Assembly: GCA_036518995.1 (NCBI GenBank) | Contig: DATDMC010000096.1 | Span: forward strand, 6-64,005 | From: Pyrinomonadaceae bacterium | Lineage (GTDB): Bacteria > Acidobacteriota > Blastocatellia > Pyrinomonadales > Pyrinomonadaceae | Length of the DNA: 64,000 nucleotides | Direction of reading: 5' to 3' | Shown here: positions 41,950 through 51,804 of the stretch, one piece after another | Layout: each line of letters opens with the position of its first letter | Position numbering within the stretch: position 1 is the first letter of the stretch | The notes under the pieces: generated by a model | Database searches by the model: none | What the model saw: only the letters and a program-made list of their open reading frames with translations | Told to the model about the DNA's origin: nothing | Program-made: the position numbers and the translations under genes

Positions 41950-44118
41950 ATGGCAGAAACCCTGAAGCCCGTTCCGATCGACAAAGCCCTGCTCGCTACC
42001 CGTGAGTCGATGGCGGTGAAGCGTGAAATCGCGCACCTGCTCACCGCGAAGATCACCGATCAAAATAATGTAATCAGTTACGAAGCGGATCTCGGCACGT
42101 TTTTGTCGGGCACTAGTTTTACGTTTTCGCTGAGCAACGTGTTGGGTGAAACAACTCTTCATTTCGAGGATCTACAAGTTGTACTCGAACCTGGAGATTC
42201 TCCTGTTCGACATACGGCGAAAGTCCAGCACTCCGGCGAGAATGCAATCAGTTTGGTCACGGAATGTGACGCGGGCCACAAGTGGCACTTCGATTTAGCT
42301 GTCGATGCCAGCGGCGCAGGGCGCGTCATCGACAAGAAATTCGGTAATGCTGACCCGGCGGCGCCGCAAAAAATGGTTTTCATCTGGCGCTTTCGCGTCG
42401 TGGCCCAGCGCAAAATGGTCCAGTGGTTCGATCCACCACTGTTGCTGAGGACCACGGTCGAGGTTTTAGTCTCTACGATTTTCGGTGGCCACTCGGATTA
42501 CCGTCTTATCGAAGCGCTCGCGGTTGGTAACGATGCCCCGCACGATTACACCAGGCATTATCTTGAAGAAGCGGACGGTCAGTATTTACGCGACGAAGAC
42601 GACAAGCTGATCGTCGATGAAACAAAAACTGATCGTGAAGAGATTTGGTTCGATTACGTTGCCGACACGGGCGATGGTTGGAACCCGACTTATTGCATCG
42701 CTTACTACCTGGCGCAGCCAGAATTAGCGCTGCGTAACGGAAATCAAACTTACCAAACGAAGCGTGGCGAGTTGCTCGTTTTTGGTGGCGATCAGGTTTA
42801 TCCGCTGGCCAATCGCAAAGAATATAAAGAACGACTCGTCGAACCTTTTCGCACGGCGTTGCGCTATAGCAACGCGCCACATCCGGATGTGTTTGCGATT
42901 CCGGGTAATCATGATTGGTACGACAGTTTAGTTTCTTTCACCCGCTTGTTCTGTTCGCGTCGCTGGTTCAATGGATGGCGCGCGCCGCAACGCCGCAGTT
43001 ATTTTGCGTTGCGCTTACCGCAAAATTGGTGGTTGTTGGGCATTGATATTCAACTGCGTTCCGACCTGGACCAGGCGCAGATCGAATACTTCAAGCACGT
43101 CGCAAAACTGATGAAGGACGGCGATCGGGTGATCTTGTGCACCGCCGAACCTCATTGGCTACAAACGAAAGTTTTCGAGAAGTACGGCATGGAATACAAC
43201 GAAAGTAATCTGGCCTTTCTCGAAAACAATGTTCTGGGCCGCCGCGTCAGTGTTTTTCTGTCGGGCGATCTTCATTACTACCGGCGCCATGAAGCAAACG
43301 ATGGAACACAGAAGATCGTTTCGGGAGGAGGCGGCGCGGCGTTAACTCCAACTCACGCAGACGATGTCGATGAATTGCGCGGGGGTTTTCGTTTGAAGTC
43401 GAGTTTCCCTGATGAAACGACTTCACGCCGGCTGATCTGGCGCAACCTGTTTTTCTTTTTCTACAACGTAAGGTTTGGTCTACTCACCGCGATACTCTAT
43501 TTCCTTACTTCGTGGGCGGTGATGGCCGACATTGGAAAACTCGGCATACACGACATTGTCAGTGCTTTCAGCACAACTGCTAACGCGGCGGTGGTCCAGG
43601 CGGGCGCGGTCTTTTGGATCCTTTTCATCCTGATCGCATTCGTTGCTTTCACGAACACAAAGTCTAAAGCGTATCAATGGATAGCGGGGTTGATGCACGG
43701 TTGGGTGCAGTTGATGGCGGTGTTTTTAATTGGTTGGGGCGCGACTTACTTTACCGTCACCGGACTCGGTCTTCGTTTTCAATCGCCCATGCAACTCATC
43801 ATCGCGGCGTTGATCATTTTTGCCGGTGGCTGGGTTGTCGGATCGTTCTTGACGGGCGTCTTTCTGTTGATTTCATTGAATGTTTTCGGGTGTTTACAAA
43901 TTGCAGCGTCATCGTCGTTGCGATTGGAAGACTGGAAAAACTTTTTGCGGATCCGGATCGATCGCGATGGTAAGGTGACGATTTTTCCGATCGGTGTGAA
44001 GCGTGTGCCGCGTAAATGGCGTCGACCAGCGCCGGGAAGTCCGGGGCCGGAATTGATTCCTAACGATCCAGATGCTACGTCGCCGGAGTTGATCGAATCG
44101 CCGATTGTTTTACAGTGA
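41950..44118 (+). CDS. Metallophosphoesterase (calcineurin-like) fused to a C-terminal polytopic membrane domain, 722 aa
   Basis: Motifs DTGDGWN, FGGDQVY, IPGNHDWYD and LSGDLHYY, followed by about 5-6 hydrophobic helices (FGLLTAILYFLTSWAVM ... VFLLISLNVFGCL). The N-terminal region of about 230 aa has no recognisable motif. Confidence 0.75.
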   Translation: MAETLKPVPIDKALLATRESMAVKREIAHLLTAKITDQNNVISYEADLGTFLSGTSFTFSLSNVLGETTLHFEDLQVVLEPGDSPVRHTAKVQHSGENAISLVTECDAGHKWHFDLAVDASGAGRVIDKKFGNADPAAPQKMVFIWRFRVVAQRKMVQWFDPPLLLRTTVEVLVSTIFGGHSDYRLIEALAVGNDAPHDYTRHYLEEADGQYLRDEDDKLIVDETKTDREEIWFDYVADTGDGWNPTYCIAYYLAQPELALRNGNQTYQTKRGELLVFGGDQVYPLANRKEYKERLVEPFRTALRYSNAPHPDVFAIPGNHDWYDSLVSFTRLFCSRRWFNGWRAPQRRSYFALRLPQNWWLLGIDIQLRSDLDQAQIEYFKHVAKLMKDGDRVILCTAEPHWLQTKVFEKYGMEYNESNLAFLENNVLGRRVSVFLSGDLHYYRRHEANDGTQKIVSGGGGAALTPTHADDVDELRGGFRLKSSFPDETTSRRLIWRNLFFFFYNVRFGLLTAILYFLTSWAVMADIGKLGIHDIVSAFSTTANAAVVQAGAVFWILFILIAFVAFTNTKSKAYQWIAGLMHGWVQLMAVFLIGWGATYFTVTGLGLRFQSPMQLIIAALIIFAGGWVVGSFLTGVFLLISLNVFGCLQIAASSSLRLEDWKNFLRIRIDRDGKVTIFPIGVKRVPRKWRRPAPGSPGPELIPNDPDATSPELIESPIVLQ

Positions 44119-44125
44119 TAGAAAA

Positions 44126-44292
44126 TTATCCGCAGATTTACGCAGAGAGGCTTTGCAAAATCCATCTTTGTGGCTATGAGGTCAGTACCGTAACGCGGTA
44201 GCGTCGGGTCGTGCATTAGACTTAAGCCCGCAAGAATTCATCTGACCCGACGCTACTGCGTTACGGTACTGACCTCATGGCCTGCGGATGAA
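44126..44292. repeat. Family B' mosaic palindromic element (most complete copy)
   Basis: 85-bp left arm ttatccgcagatttacgcagagaggctttgcaaaatccatctttgtggctatgaggtcagtaccgtaacgcggtagcgtcgggtc. Right arm gacccgacgctactgcgttacggtactgacctcatgg, then cctgcggatgaa (internally deleted). Confidence 0.9.
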
Positions 44293-44300
44293 CCCTTAAG

Positions 44301-45650
44301 ATGAAGACGAATTCGATTTTTGGACCATTGCTGCTGTTACTACTGATCTGTTCTATTTCAGTGGTTGCGCAGGAGACAAGTTCGGAAGTGTTGACTCTGG
44401 ACCAGGCGACCGCGCTGGCCATCAGTCACAATCGAATCGTGCAGAATTCCAAACTCGCGGTCGACAAAGTTAACGATCAACTTGCCGCAACCCGCACGTT
44501 GAGATATCCAACGTTCAATCTATACGCGCTTGGTTCGCAGCAACTCGCGAGTCTCGATTTCACTTTTGAGCGCGGAGTTTTTGGTACGTATCAAGGTCTT
44601 GGACCAATTCCCGCGACTGAGACAGTGATTTCAACGCCGAAGCAACCAACTGCAATCATCATCGGTTCAGTAACACAACCACTGTCGCAGCAATACCGGA
44701 TCAGGTTAAACCTCGATCAGATCGAACTGAGTAAACAAGTCGCGAATGAAGAGCTGCGCCAGCAGCAACAAGCGACGGTTAATGACGTCAAACAACTCTA
44801 TTACGGGATCCTGCAGAGTCAGAGTGCGATCAAAAGCAATCAACAATCGGTGGAGCTTTATCGCGAACTCGATCGGGTAACTACTGACCTGGTTGCGCAA
44901 CAGGCAGCGCTAAAGTCACAGAACCTCGACGTCAAAGCGAAGCTCGCAAAAGAAGAGTACGACGGTTTGAATTTGCGCAATCAACTCGCGTCGCAAAAGG
45001 AACAGTTGAACAATCTGCTCGGACGCGACATTCGCACGAACTTCGAAGTCGCGCCCTTACCGGAGTTGACCATTTTCGAAATGGACCTCGTTTCAGCTCA
45101 GAATCGCGCGCTCGATCAGCGGCCGGAGATCAAAGAAGCGCAGTTGAAAGTGAAGCAGGCCGAACTCGATCGACGGATCAAGAAAGCTGAATATCTGCCC
45201 GACGTCAGTCTTGGACTCAACTACGTGTCGCCGCGCAATTTTAATGATTTTGTGCCGCGCAACTATGCGAGTGCCGGGGTCATTTTTAGTTGGGACGTTT
45301 TTGATTGGGGCAAGAAGAGTCGTGAACTCGACGGCAAGCGTAAATCAGCAGAGCAAGCGCAGAATGGTTTGGTTGAAACACAGAATCGCATACTCATCGA
45401 CGTGAATACCAGGTTTAGAAAAGTTCAGCAGACGCGCGAATTGTTGCGCGTTGTACAGTTGGCCCAGGACGCTGCAAAAGAGAAGTTGCGTGTGGCGCAG
45501 AATAAATATCAGGTCCAGGCTGCGTTGTTGTCCGACGTCTTACAAATGCAAACGGGGGTCGTAGAAACCGATCATCAATATCAGCAGGCGCTACTGGCGT
45601 TTTGGGCTGCCCGGGCCGAGCTCGAGAAAGCGTTGGGTGACGACAAATGA
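44301..45650 (+). CDS. TolC-family outer-membrane efflux protein
   Basis: 449 aa with signal peptide. Two-fold repeated coiled-coil/beta pattern typical of OEP family proteins. First gene of the three-gene efflux operon. Confidence 0.85.
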   Translation: MKTNSIFGPLLLLLLICSISVVAQETSSEVLTLDQATALAISHNRIVQNSKLAVDKVNDQLAATRTLRYPTFNLYALGSQQLASLDFTFERGVFGTYQGLGPIPATETVISTPKQPTAIIIGSVTQPLSQQYRIRLNLDQIELSKQVANEELRQQQQATVNDVKQLYYGILQSQSAIKSNQQSVELYRELDRVTTDLVAQQAALKSQNLDVKAKLAKEEYDGLNLRNQLASQKEQLNNLLGRDIRTNFEVAPLPELTIFEMDLVSAQNRALDQRPEIKEAQLKVKQAELDRRIKKAEYLPDVSLGLNYVSPRNFNDFVPRNYASAGVIFSWDVFDWGKKSRELDGKRKSAEQAQNGLVETQNRILIDVNTRFRKVQQTRELLRVVQLAQDAAKEKLRVAQNKYQVQAALLSDVLQMQTGVVETDHQYQQALLAFWAARAELEKALGDDK

Positions 45651-46963
45651 GCAGTCTTCAGGACCGCAGGCGTCCCCGCCTGCTCGCTTTAAAATTTTTC
45701 TCTCTACTGGTTGTTTGCGGGTTGTTAAGCGCCTGCTCGAGTAAAGCTCCGGCGCCGCAACCGAAGCCGGTGCGTACGAGTTCGGTTGAAGTTTTGGCAA
45801 ACAACTCGACGTTGCGCTATTCGGGGAGCATTGGACCAACAACCCAACTGGAGCTCGCGTTCAAAGTTGGCGGTTATGTTAGCGGGATTGAACAGGTTCG
45901 TGGCGTTGACGGGCAGTTACGTTATTTGCAAGGCGGCGATGTCGTGAAGAAGGGAAGTCCGTTAGCGATCATTCGCCAGGGAGATTACCAGGTCAAAGTA
46001 AACGAAGCGCAGTCGCAAGTGAACGAAGCACGGGCTGGAATTGAGGCGGCGAAAAATCAGCGTGCGCAAGCCGAGTCGGCAGTAAACACAGCGTTGGCCC
46101 AATTGTCCGAAGCCGAAGCCGCGTTCGCGCGCGCCAAGTTGGATTATGAACGAGCGCGAACATTAATAAATAGCCAGAGCATCACGAAGACCGAGTTTGA
46201 TGCGGCCAAGGCACAATACGAAGTGGCGGAAGCACGGGTGGCGGCAGCCAAAGCGCAGGTCAACACCGCGAAAGCTGCGGCGAAAGTTGCTGCGTCACAA
46301 GTTGCAGCGATGGAAGCAAAGAGTCGCAGCGCGGGAGAAGTGGTCAACGAGGCGAAGATTCCGTTGGGCGACACAGTGCTGCGGGCGCCGATGGATTGCA
46401 CGATCCTGAAACGAGAAGTTGAAGTGGGTACGTTGGTCGCGCCCGGCAAAGCGGGTTTCCTGATCGCCGATCTGCGCACGGTGAAAGCTGTCTTTGGTGT
46501 GCCGGATCGCGGCGTACAGAACCTGCATTTGGGAATGCCGTTAAAGGTAACCACAGAGGCCGTTCCGGATCGGGAGTTCGCGGGACAAGTTACCGCGGTT
46601 TCACCGGCGGCTGATGTTAAGAGCCGCGTGTTTGATATCGAGATCACGATGCCAAACGGCGACAACCTGCTCAAGTCGGGAATGATTGCGACGATTGAAG
46701 TCGAGGCTGGGCCAGTGCCGGTTGATGTACTCGTCGTGCCGGTCAACGCTGTGATCCAGTCGAAGGAGAACCCGGGTGGTTACGCCGTGTTCGTCGTCGA
46801 AAATCAGAATGGAAAGCTGGTGGCGAAGCAGCGGAACGTAAAACTCGGTGATGCTTATGGGAACACAGTTGCAGTAACCGAAGGCGTCCGGAAAGGCGAT
46901 CAAGTGATCACCACGGGCGTAACAATGGTGCTCGATGGCGACGTGGTCCAGGTCGTACCTTGA
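45647..46963 (+). CDS. Efflux RND periplasmic adaptor (membrane fusion protein), lipoprotein
   Basis: ATGA overlap with the tolC-like stop. Lipobox VVCGLLSAC. Long Ala-rich alpha-hairpin, then barrel domains. Codons 4-13 are a family D repeat unit. Confidence 0.85.
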   Translation: MSSLQDRRRPRLLALKFFSLLVVCGLLSACSSKAPAPQPKPVRTSSVEVLANNSTLRYSGSIGPTTQLELAFKVGGYVSGIEQVRGVDGQLRYLQGGDVVKKGSPLAIIRQGDYQVKVNEAQSQVNEARAGIEAAKNQRAQAESAVNTALAQLSEAEAAFARAKLDYERARTLINSQSITKTEFDAAKAQYEVAEARVAAAKAQVNTAKAAAKVAASQVAAMEAKSRSAGEVVNEAKIPLGDTVLRAPMDCTILKREVEVGTLVAPGKAGFLIADLRTVKAVFGVPDRGVQNLHLGMPLKVTTEAVPDREFAGQVTAVSPAADVKSRVFDIEITMPNGDNLLKSGMIATIEVEAGPVPVDVLVVPVNAVIQSKENPGGYAVFVVENQNGKLVAKQRNVKLGDAYGNTVAVTEGVRKGDQVITTGVTMVLDGDVVQVVP

Positions 46964-46981
46964 TGTGAAAAGAACCATTGA

Positions 46982-47078
46982 GTAGCGCAGTTAGGAAGGG
47001 CGGTTTACCCCCGCTTGTTCCAGTTTAAAAGGCTGAGACCGACAGGCGGGGGTAAACCACCCTTCCTAACTGCGCTAT
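46982..47078. repeat. Family I palindromic element inside the efflux operon
   Basis: 33-bp arms gtagcgcagttaggaagggcggtttacccccgc / gcgggggtaaaccacccttcctaactgcgctat, between the adaptor and pump genes. Confidence 0.9.
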
Positions 47079-47116
47079 CCAACGGTCTTTTTTAATCTTT
47101 TGTCTTTAAAACCAGG

Positions 47117-50100
47117 ATGTCACACGGTAAAAGCGACAGCGAGATAATTGCGACTACGCATAACACGTCGCGTTTCTTTGTAGAGACGCGTCATATTGCG
47201 TGGGTGCTGCTATTAGCGACCGTGGCCTGGGGCACTTACGGCTACCTCACGATGCCGCAACGAAAAGATCCGGAGATCCTGGTTCGCGTTGCAGTGGCGG
47301 TAACACGTTGGCCCGGCGCCAGTGCTGAAAAAATCGAAAGCCTGGTAACAAAAAAGATCGAAGCGAAGATGGCCGAGAATTCCAAGGTTACTAAGATCGA
47401 GTCGATCTCGCGCACCAGTGTGTCGGTTGTCTACGTTACACTTGATGAGAAAGCGAAAGAGACAGCCAAAGAGTTTGACGACATAAAGATGAAGTTAGAC
47501 AGCATCCACGATCTACCGGATGGAGCTGGTCCAATCAACTTCATTAAAGATTTTGGTGATACTGCGGCGTTGATGTTGACGGTGGCGAGTCCCCGAGTCA
47601 GTGATGTGGAGATTGCGGTACGCGCCAAAGCGATCGAGCGCGCGATTGACGAAGTCAGGGCGCAAAGCAAAGACCCAAAGCCGCGCGTTACGATCATTCA
47701 AAATTTTCCGCAGAAGATTAGTCCCAACTCCGTCAAAATCGCGCTTTCTTCCTTTGCAAACTACACGCGCGATGCTTCATACGTTCAGGATTTGCGAACT
47801 GTTGAAGGTCCCGGTTTTATTGGGCTGGACGGCATTTCCAACGCTACTGACGAACAGATTCTCGACTTTCTTCATCGCTTTACTCAGGAACACCTGCAAG
47901 CCTCCGAACTCGATCCGGACGTTTGGCAACCGATGGTCGTTCGCGATCCGGGCGAGACACAACAGCGGCTAACTGCGGTCGCGGGGGAAAAATACACCTA
48001 TCGCGAACTCGACGACTTTACCGACACGATTGAAAAGAATTTGAAGACTGTGCCGATGGTTTCAAAAGTGACCCGCTCGGCAGTCTTGAATGAAAAAGTT
48101 TTTCTTGTCTACTCGCAGGAACGACTAGCTTCCTACAACCTTCATCCCGGCGCGCTCGGCAACATCCTGAATGCGCGCAACATCACGTTGCCCGGTGGTC
48201 AACTGCAAGCCGAAGGCAAAAACATCAGTATCGATCCGTCGGGTGAATTCAAAAGCGAAAAAGAGATTGGCGACGTTCTCGTCACGACCTCGACGAGTGG
48301 CGCGCCAGTCTATTTGCGAGATCTGGTCGACATCACGCGCAGTTACGATAGTCCACCTCGTTATCTAAACTTCTACACGTGGCGTGATGCCAACGGACAG
48401 TGGCATCGGAGTCGCGCCATTACGCTCGCGGTGCAAATGCGTCCGGGTGAAATCATCGGGAAGTTTGGTGAAGCCGTTGATGCGAGTCTCAACGATTTGA
48501 AGAAGCGCCTGCCGGAAGACTTGATCATGGCGCGCACGTCGGACCAGCCGTTACAGGTGACAGAGAACGTGCACCTGTTTATGAACAGTCTTTACGAAGC
48601 GATCGCCCTCGTCGTAGTTGTTTCGTTGATTGGTTTTTGGGAATGGCGTTCGGCGTTGATCATGGCGTTGTCGATTCCAATCACGCTCGCGCTGACTTTC
48701 GGCATGATGTCGGTGCTCGGGATCGATCTGCAACAGGTGTCGATTGCCACGTTAATCATCGCATTGGGATTACTAGTAGACGATCCGGTTGTCGCGGGCG
48801 ACGCGATCAAACGCGATCTGGCATTGGGCCATCCCCCGATCATTGCTGCCTGGCTGGGACCAACAAAACTCGCCACCGCGATCGTCTACGCAACGATTAC
48901 GAACATCGTCGCCTATCTACCCTTTCTTTTATTGAGCGGAGACACCGGAAGGTTTTTGTATAGCCTGCCGATCGTGATCGCTTGTTCGCTAATCGCATCG
49001 CGACTGGTTTCGATGAGTTTTATTCCGCTACTCGGCTATTACCTGCTGAAACCAAAGCCGGAGATGCCGGTTGAAGAACGACGCAAGAAAGGATTCGCGG
49101 CGCGTTATTTCAAACTTGGACTGTGGGCCATCGATCATCGTTGGAAAGTGCTGGCCGGATCATTGGTCGTGTTGTTACTGGGTGGCTTTTTTATGAGCCA
49201 GCTTAAGCGCCAGTTTTTTCCGAAGGACCTTTCCTATCTGTCCTATATAGATGTTTGGTTGCCGGAAGATGCGCCATTCGCCGAGACAAACAAGACGACG
49301 CAGTTAGCAGAACAAGTCATTCGCGACACAGTTGCCGAGTATTCAAAAGAACATCACCTCGATCACGATGCGTTGCAGAGTCTCACCACTTTCGTTGGTG
49401 GCGGTGGACCACGTTTCTGGTTTTCAGTTAGTCCGGAACTGCAGCAACTCAATTACGCGCAGATCATTTTGCAGGTTAAGGACAAACACGACACCGCGCA
49501 TTTGATTGGACCACTGCAACAAGCGTTGTCGGCAAGAGTTCCGGGCGCGCGGCTTGATGTGCGCCAACTCGAGTCGGGTAAAGCAGTCGGTTTACCAGTT
49601 GCAGTTCGGATTTCCGGTGACGATTTGCGAACGCTGCGAGCGCTCTCCGAACAGATGAAGGCGATCTTTCGGGGCAGCAGTTTGAGTACGCGAGTCAGGG
49701 ACGATTGGGGCGACGAGAGTTTCGCCGTAAAGATCACGACCGATTCTGATCGGGCGAACATGGCAGGTGTTTCAAACTTCGATGTGGCCGCTTCGTCTGC
49801 GGCTGGTTTGAACGGCGTGACGCTTACGACGTTGCGTGAAGGCGACAAGCAGATTCCCGTGGCGGCGCGTATGCGAGTGGAAGAGCGCGCGCAACTCGCC
49901 GACCTCAGCAACTTGTATGTTTTCTCAACGCAGTCGACGCAGAAAGTTCCGCTTCAAGAGGTCTCTTCGATCAGTTACGGAATGGAGACTGAGACGTTGC
50001 GACGACGTAATCAGTTTAGGACCATTCGTGTTTCCTGTTTTCCCACCGAAGGGCATTTGCCTTCGGAAATGATGAACGACATTCGTCCGAAGTTGAAGGC

Positions 50101-50719
50101 GTTTGAAGCCGCGTTGCCACCGGGATACAAGATGGAGATCGGCGGCGAAGAGGAATCCCAGGTTTCCGGTTTTAAGGAACTGGCGATCGTGATGGGAATT
50201 TCGATTGCGGCGATCTTTTTGGCCCTGGTGTTTCAGTTCAAGCATGCGTTCAAGCCGTTGATTGTGTTTGCGGCGATTCCTTATGGAATGGTGGGCGCGA
50301 TCGCGGCGTTGTGGATCATGGGCGCGCCGTTTGGTTTCATGGCGTTTCTCGGCATAGTGAGTCTCGTTGGTGTGATTGTGAGTCACATCATTGTGCTGTT
50401 TGATTTCATCGAAGAGAAACATCTCGAAGGCGAGCCGCTGCATGAAGCTCTACTCGACGCCGGAATTATGCGTCTGCGACCAGTGCTGATCACGGTGGGC
50501 GCGACTGTGATCGCGTTGTTTCCCCTCGCCGCGCATGGTGGTCCACTTTGGGAGCCGATGTGTTACGCGCAGATTGGCGGACTGACGGCGGCGACGTTTA
50601 TCACGCTGATACTCGTGCCGGTGATCTATTCGATCTTTGTGCTCGACTTGAAACTAGTGAAGTGGTCCGACGTAACGCATGACCCGGTAGCGAGTTTGTC
50701 CACAGATCACGCCAGTTGA
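47117..50719 (+). CDS. RND efflux transporter permease (AcrB/CzcA superfamily), unusually long at 1200 aa
   Basis: 12-TM RND architecture with two large periplasmic loops. Conserved TM4 region LGLLVDDPVV. Confidence 0.9.
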   Translation: MSHGKSDSEIIATTHNTSRFFVETRHIAWVLLLATVAWGTYGYLTMPQRKDPEILVRVAVAVTRWPGASAEKIESLVTKKIEAKMAENSKVTKIESISRTSVSVVYVTLDEKAKETAKEFDDIKMKLDSIHDLPDGAGPINFIKDFGDTAALMLTVASPRVSDVEIAVRAKAIERAIDEVRAQSKDPKPRVTIIQNFPQKISPNSVKIALSSFANYTRDASYVQDLRTVEGPGFIGLDGISNATDEQILDFLHRFTQEHLQASELDPDVWQPMVVRDPGETQQRLTAVAGEKYTYRELDDFTDTIEKNLKTVPMVSKVTRSAVLNEKVFLVYSQERLASYNLHPGALGNILNARNITLPGGQLQAEGKNISIDPSGEFKSEKEIGDVLVTTSTSGAPVYLRDLVDITRSYDSPPRYLNFYTWRDANGQWHRSRAITLAVQMRPGEIIGKFGEAVDASLNDLKKRLPEDLIMARTSDQPLQVTENVHLFMNSLYEAIALVVVVSLIGFWEWRSALIMALSIPITLALTFGMMSVLGIDLQQVSIATLIIALGLLVDDPVVAGDAIKRDLALGHPPIIAAWLGPTKLATAIVYATITNIVAYLPFLLLSGDTGRFLYSLPIVIACSLIASRLVSMSFIPLLGYYLLKPKPEMPVEERRKKGFAARYFKLGLWAIDHRWKVLAGSLVVLLLGGFFMSQLKRQFFPKDLSYLSYIDVWLPEDAPFAETNKTTQLAEQVIRDTVAEYSKEHHLDHDALQSLTTFVGGGGPRFWFSVSPELQQLNYAQIILQVKDKHDTAHLIGPLQQALSARVPGARLDVRQLESGKAVGLPVAVRISGDDLRTLRALSEQMKAIFRGSSLSTRVRDDWGDESFAVKITTDSDRANMAGVSNFDVAASSAAGLNGVTLTTLREGDKQIPVAARMRVEERAQLADLSNLYVFSTQSTQKVPLQEVSSISYGMETETLRRRNQFRTIRVSCFPTEGHLPSEMMNDIRPKLKAFEAALPPGYKMEIGGEEESQVSGFKELAIVMGISIAAIFLALVFQFKHAFKPLIVFAAIPYGMVGAIAALWIMGAPFGFMAFLGIVSLVGVIVSHIIVLFDFIEEKHLEGEPLHEALLDAGIMRLRPVLITVGATVIALFPLAAHGGPLWEPMCYAQIGGLTAATFITLILVPVIYSIFVLDLKLVKWSDVTHDPVASLSTDHAS

Positions 50720-50728
50720 AGAGGGTTT

Positions 50729-50861
50729 CGGCTTTGCCGCCCGTTGTGAGGAATGGCTATGCCTTTCCATTACCGACGTCGATAGGTTTCGGGCTACGCC
50801 CTTTTGTTACGTTTGCGATTGGGAAAGGCATAGCCATTCCTCACAACAGGCGGCAAAGCCG
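50729..50861. repeat. Family A palindromic element
   Basis: 40-bp arms cggctttgccgcccgttgtgaggaatggctatgcctttcc / ggaaaggcatagccattcctcacaacaggcggcaaagccg with 1 mismatch. Core tcgggctacgccc. Confidence 0.9.
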
Positions 50862-50942
50862 GAGTCGGACACCAGCGTTTTAATCGGCGTAATCTGCGGA
50901 TAAGCTCCTATGTTAGTATTCGCGGAAGTTTGAGAAGCATTT

Positions 50943-51794
50943 ATGTTTGTTACCAAAACTATTTGCGGCGTTCTGTTTTTAATACTTACGAGTGCTGTGC
51001 TCGCCGGCGCACAGGAAAAATTCGGTTACGTCCTCGACGTTCGTGGTGACTGGCTTGCCAACGGGAGTGCAAAACTCGGCAAGGGAAGCGCGCTCAATAC
51101 CAACAGCGTAATCACCGCCGTGAACCCGTCCGATACATCGAGTTACATCGTTGTCGCCGATCGTTCCGGCAATATTTTTCAACGACGAACTTGTAGCGCG
51201 GGCGAATGCGCCAACCCGATCAAAGTGCCGGCTACGGCTGGAAACGAACAGGGATTTGTCTCTCGATTGATCGGCGCCGCGATGGCGTTGGTCTCGTCTG
51301 AACCGGCGAAGTATTCATCGTTTGTGAGTCGTGGTAGTCGCGGAATTGGACCAGAGTTGCAGGAAGCAGTCGTCAGGATGTCTGGCGACGAAATCGATCT
51401 CAGCGAAGTCTTTAAGAATATGCAGGGCGAGAAATACCTGCTTCGTTTTGAGCCCCTGGTTAAAGGAAAAACTGCGCGTGGCGCCGCGAAGCGATCGATG
51501 TCGTTTGCGTGGGACCCGAAGAAACCCGCGCCACTCAATGTAAATGGTCTAACACCGGGACTCTATCGCGTCAGCATTTCCGACGTCAGCTTGCTGGAAG
51601 CAGAAGGCGGCGACGAGCCTGGCGAAAATGAAGCCTGGGTACTGATCGCCAATCCGGATTATTACTCCAGGGCGGCTCCTTCCTTTGTTGAAGCGCAGAA
51701 TGTGACGAAGAAGTGGGGCTCAGACGTAAAGAAAACCGCGGTGCGTGAATTCCTGCGCGCTTCACTCGACTTTTTAACAGCCCAGGCACAGTAG
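50943..51794 (+). CDS. Secreted hypothetical protein (283 aa)
   Basis: Signal ICGVLFLILTSAVLAGAQE. No recognisable domain. The stop is 10 nt before the CHASE2 gene. Confidence 0.6.
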   Translation: MFVTKTICGVLFLILTSAVLAGAQEKFGYVLDVRGDWLANGSAKLGKGSALNTNSVITAVNPSDTSSYIVVADRSGNIFQRRTCSAGECANPIKVPATAGNEQGFVSRLIGAAMALVSSEPAKYSSFVSRGSRGIGPELQEAVVRMSGDEIDLSEVFKNMQGEKYLLRFEPLVKGKTARGAAKRSMSFAWDPKKPAPLNVNGLTPGLYRVSISDVSLLEAEGGDEPGENEAWVLIANPDYYSRAAPSFVEAQNVTKKWGSDVKKTAVREFLRASLDFLTAQAQ

Positions 51795-51804
51795 GGGAAT
51801 TTCT

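Noticed and set aside
44126-44149. ttatccgcagatttacgc (44126-44143) and its near-perfect reverse complement (50887-50903) bracket the TolC-MFP-RND operon like transposon terminal inverted repeats.
   Set aside because: The motif is simply the outer end of the family B' arm. Deleted versions recur at 44282-44292 and 41801-41808. No transposase or target-site duplication is visible, and every intergenic region here carries such fragments.
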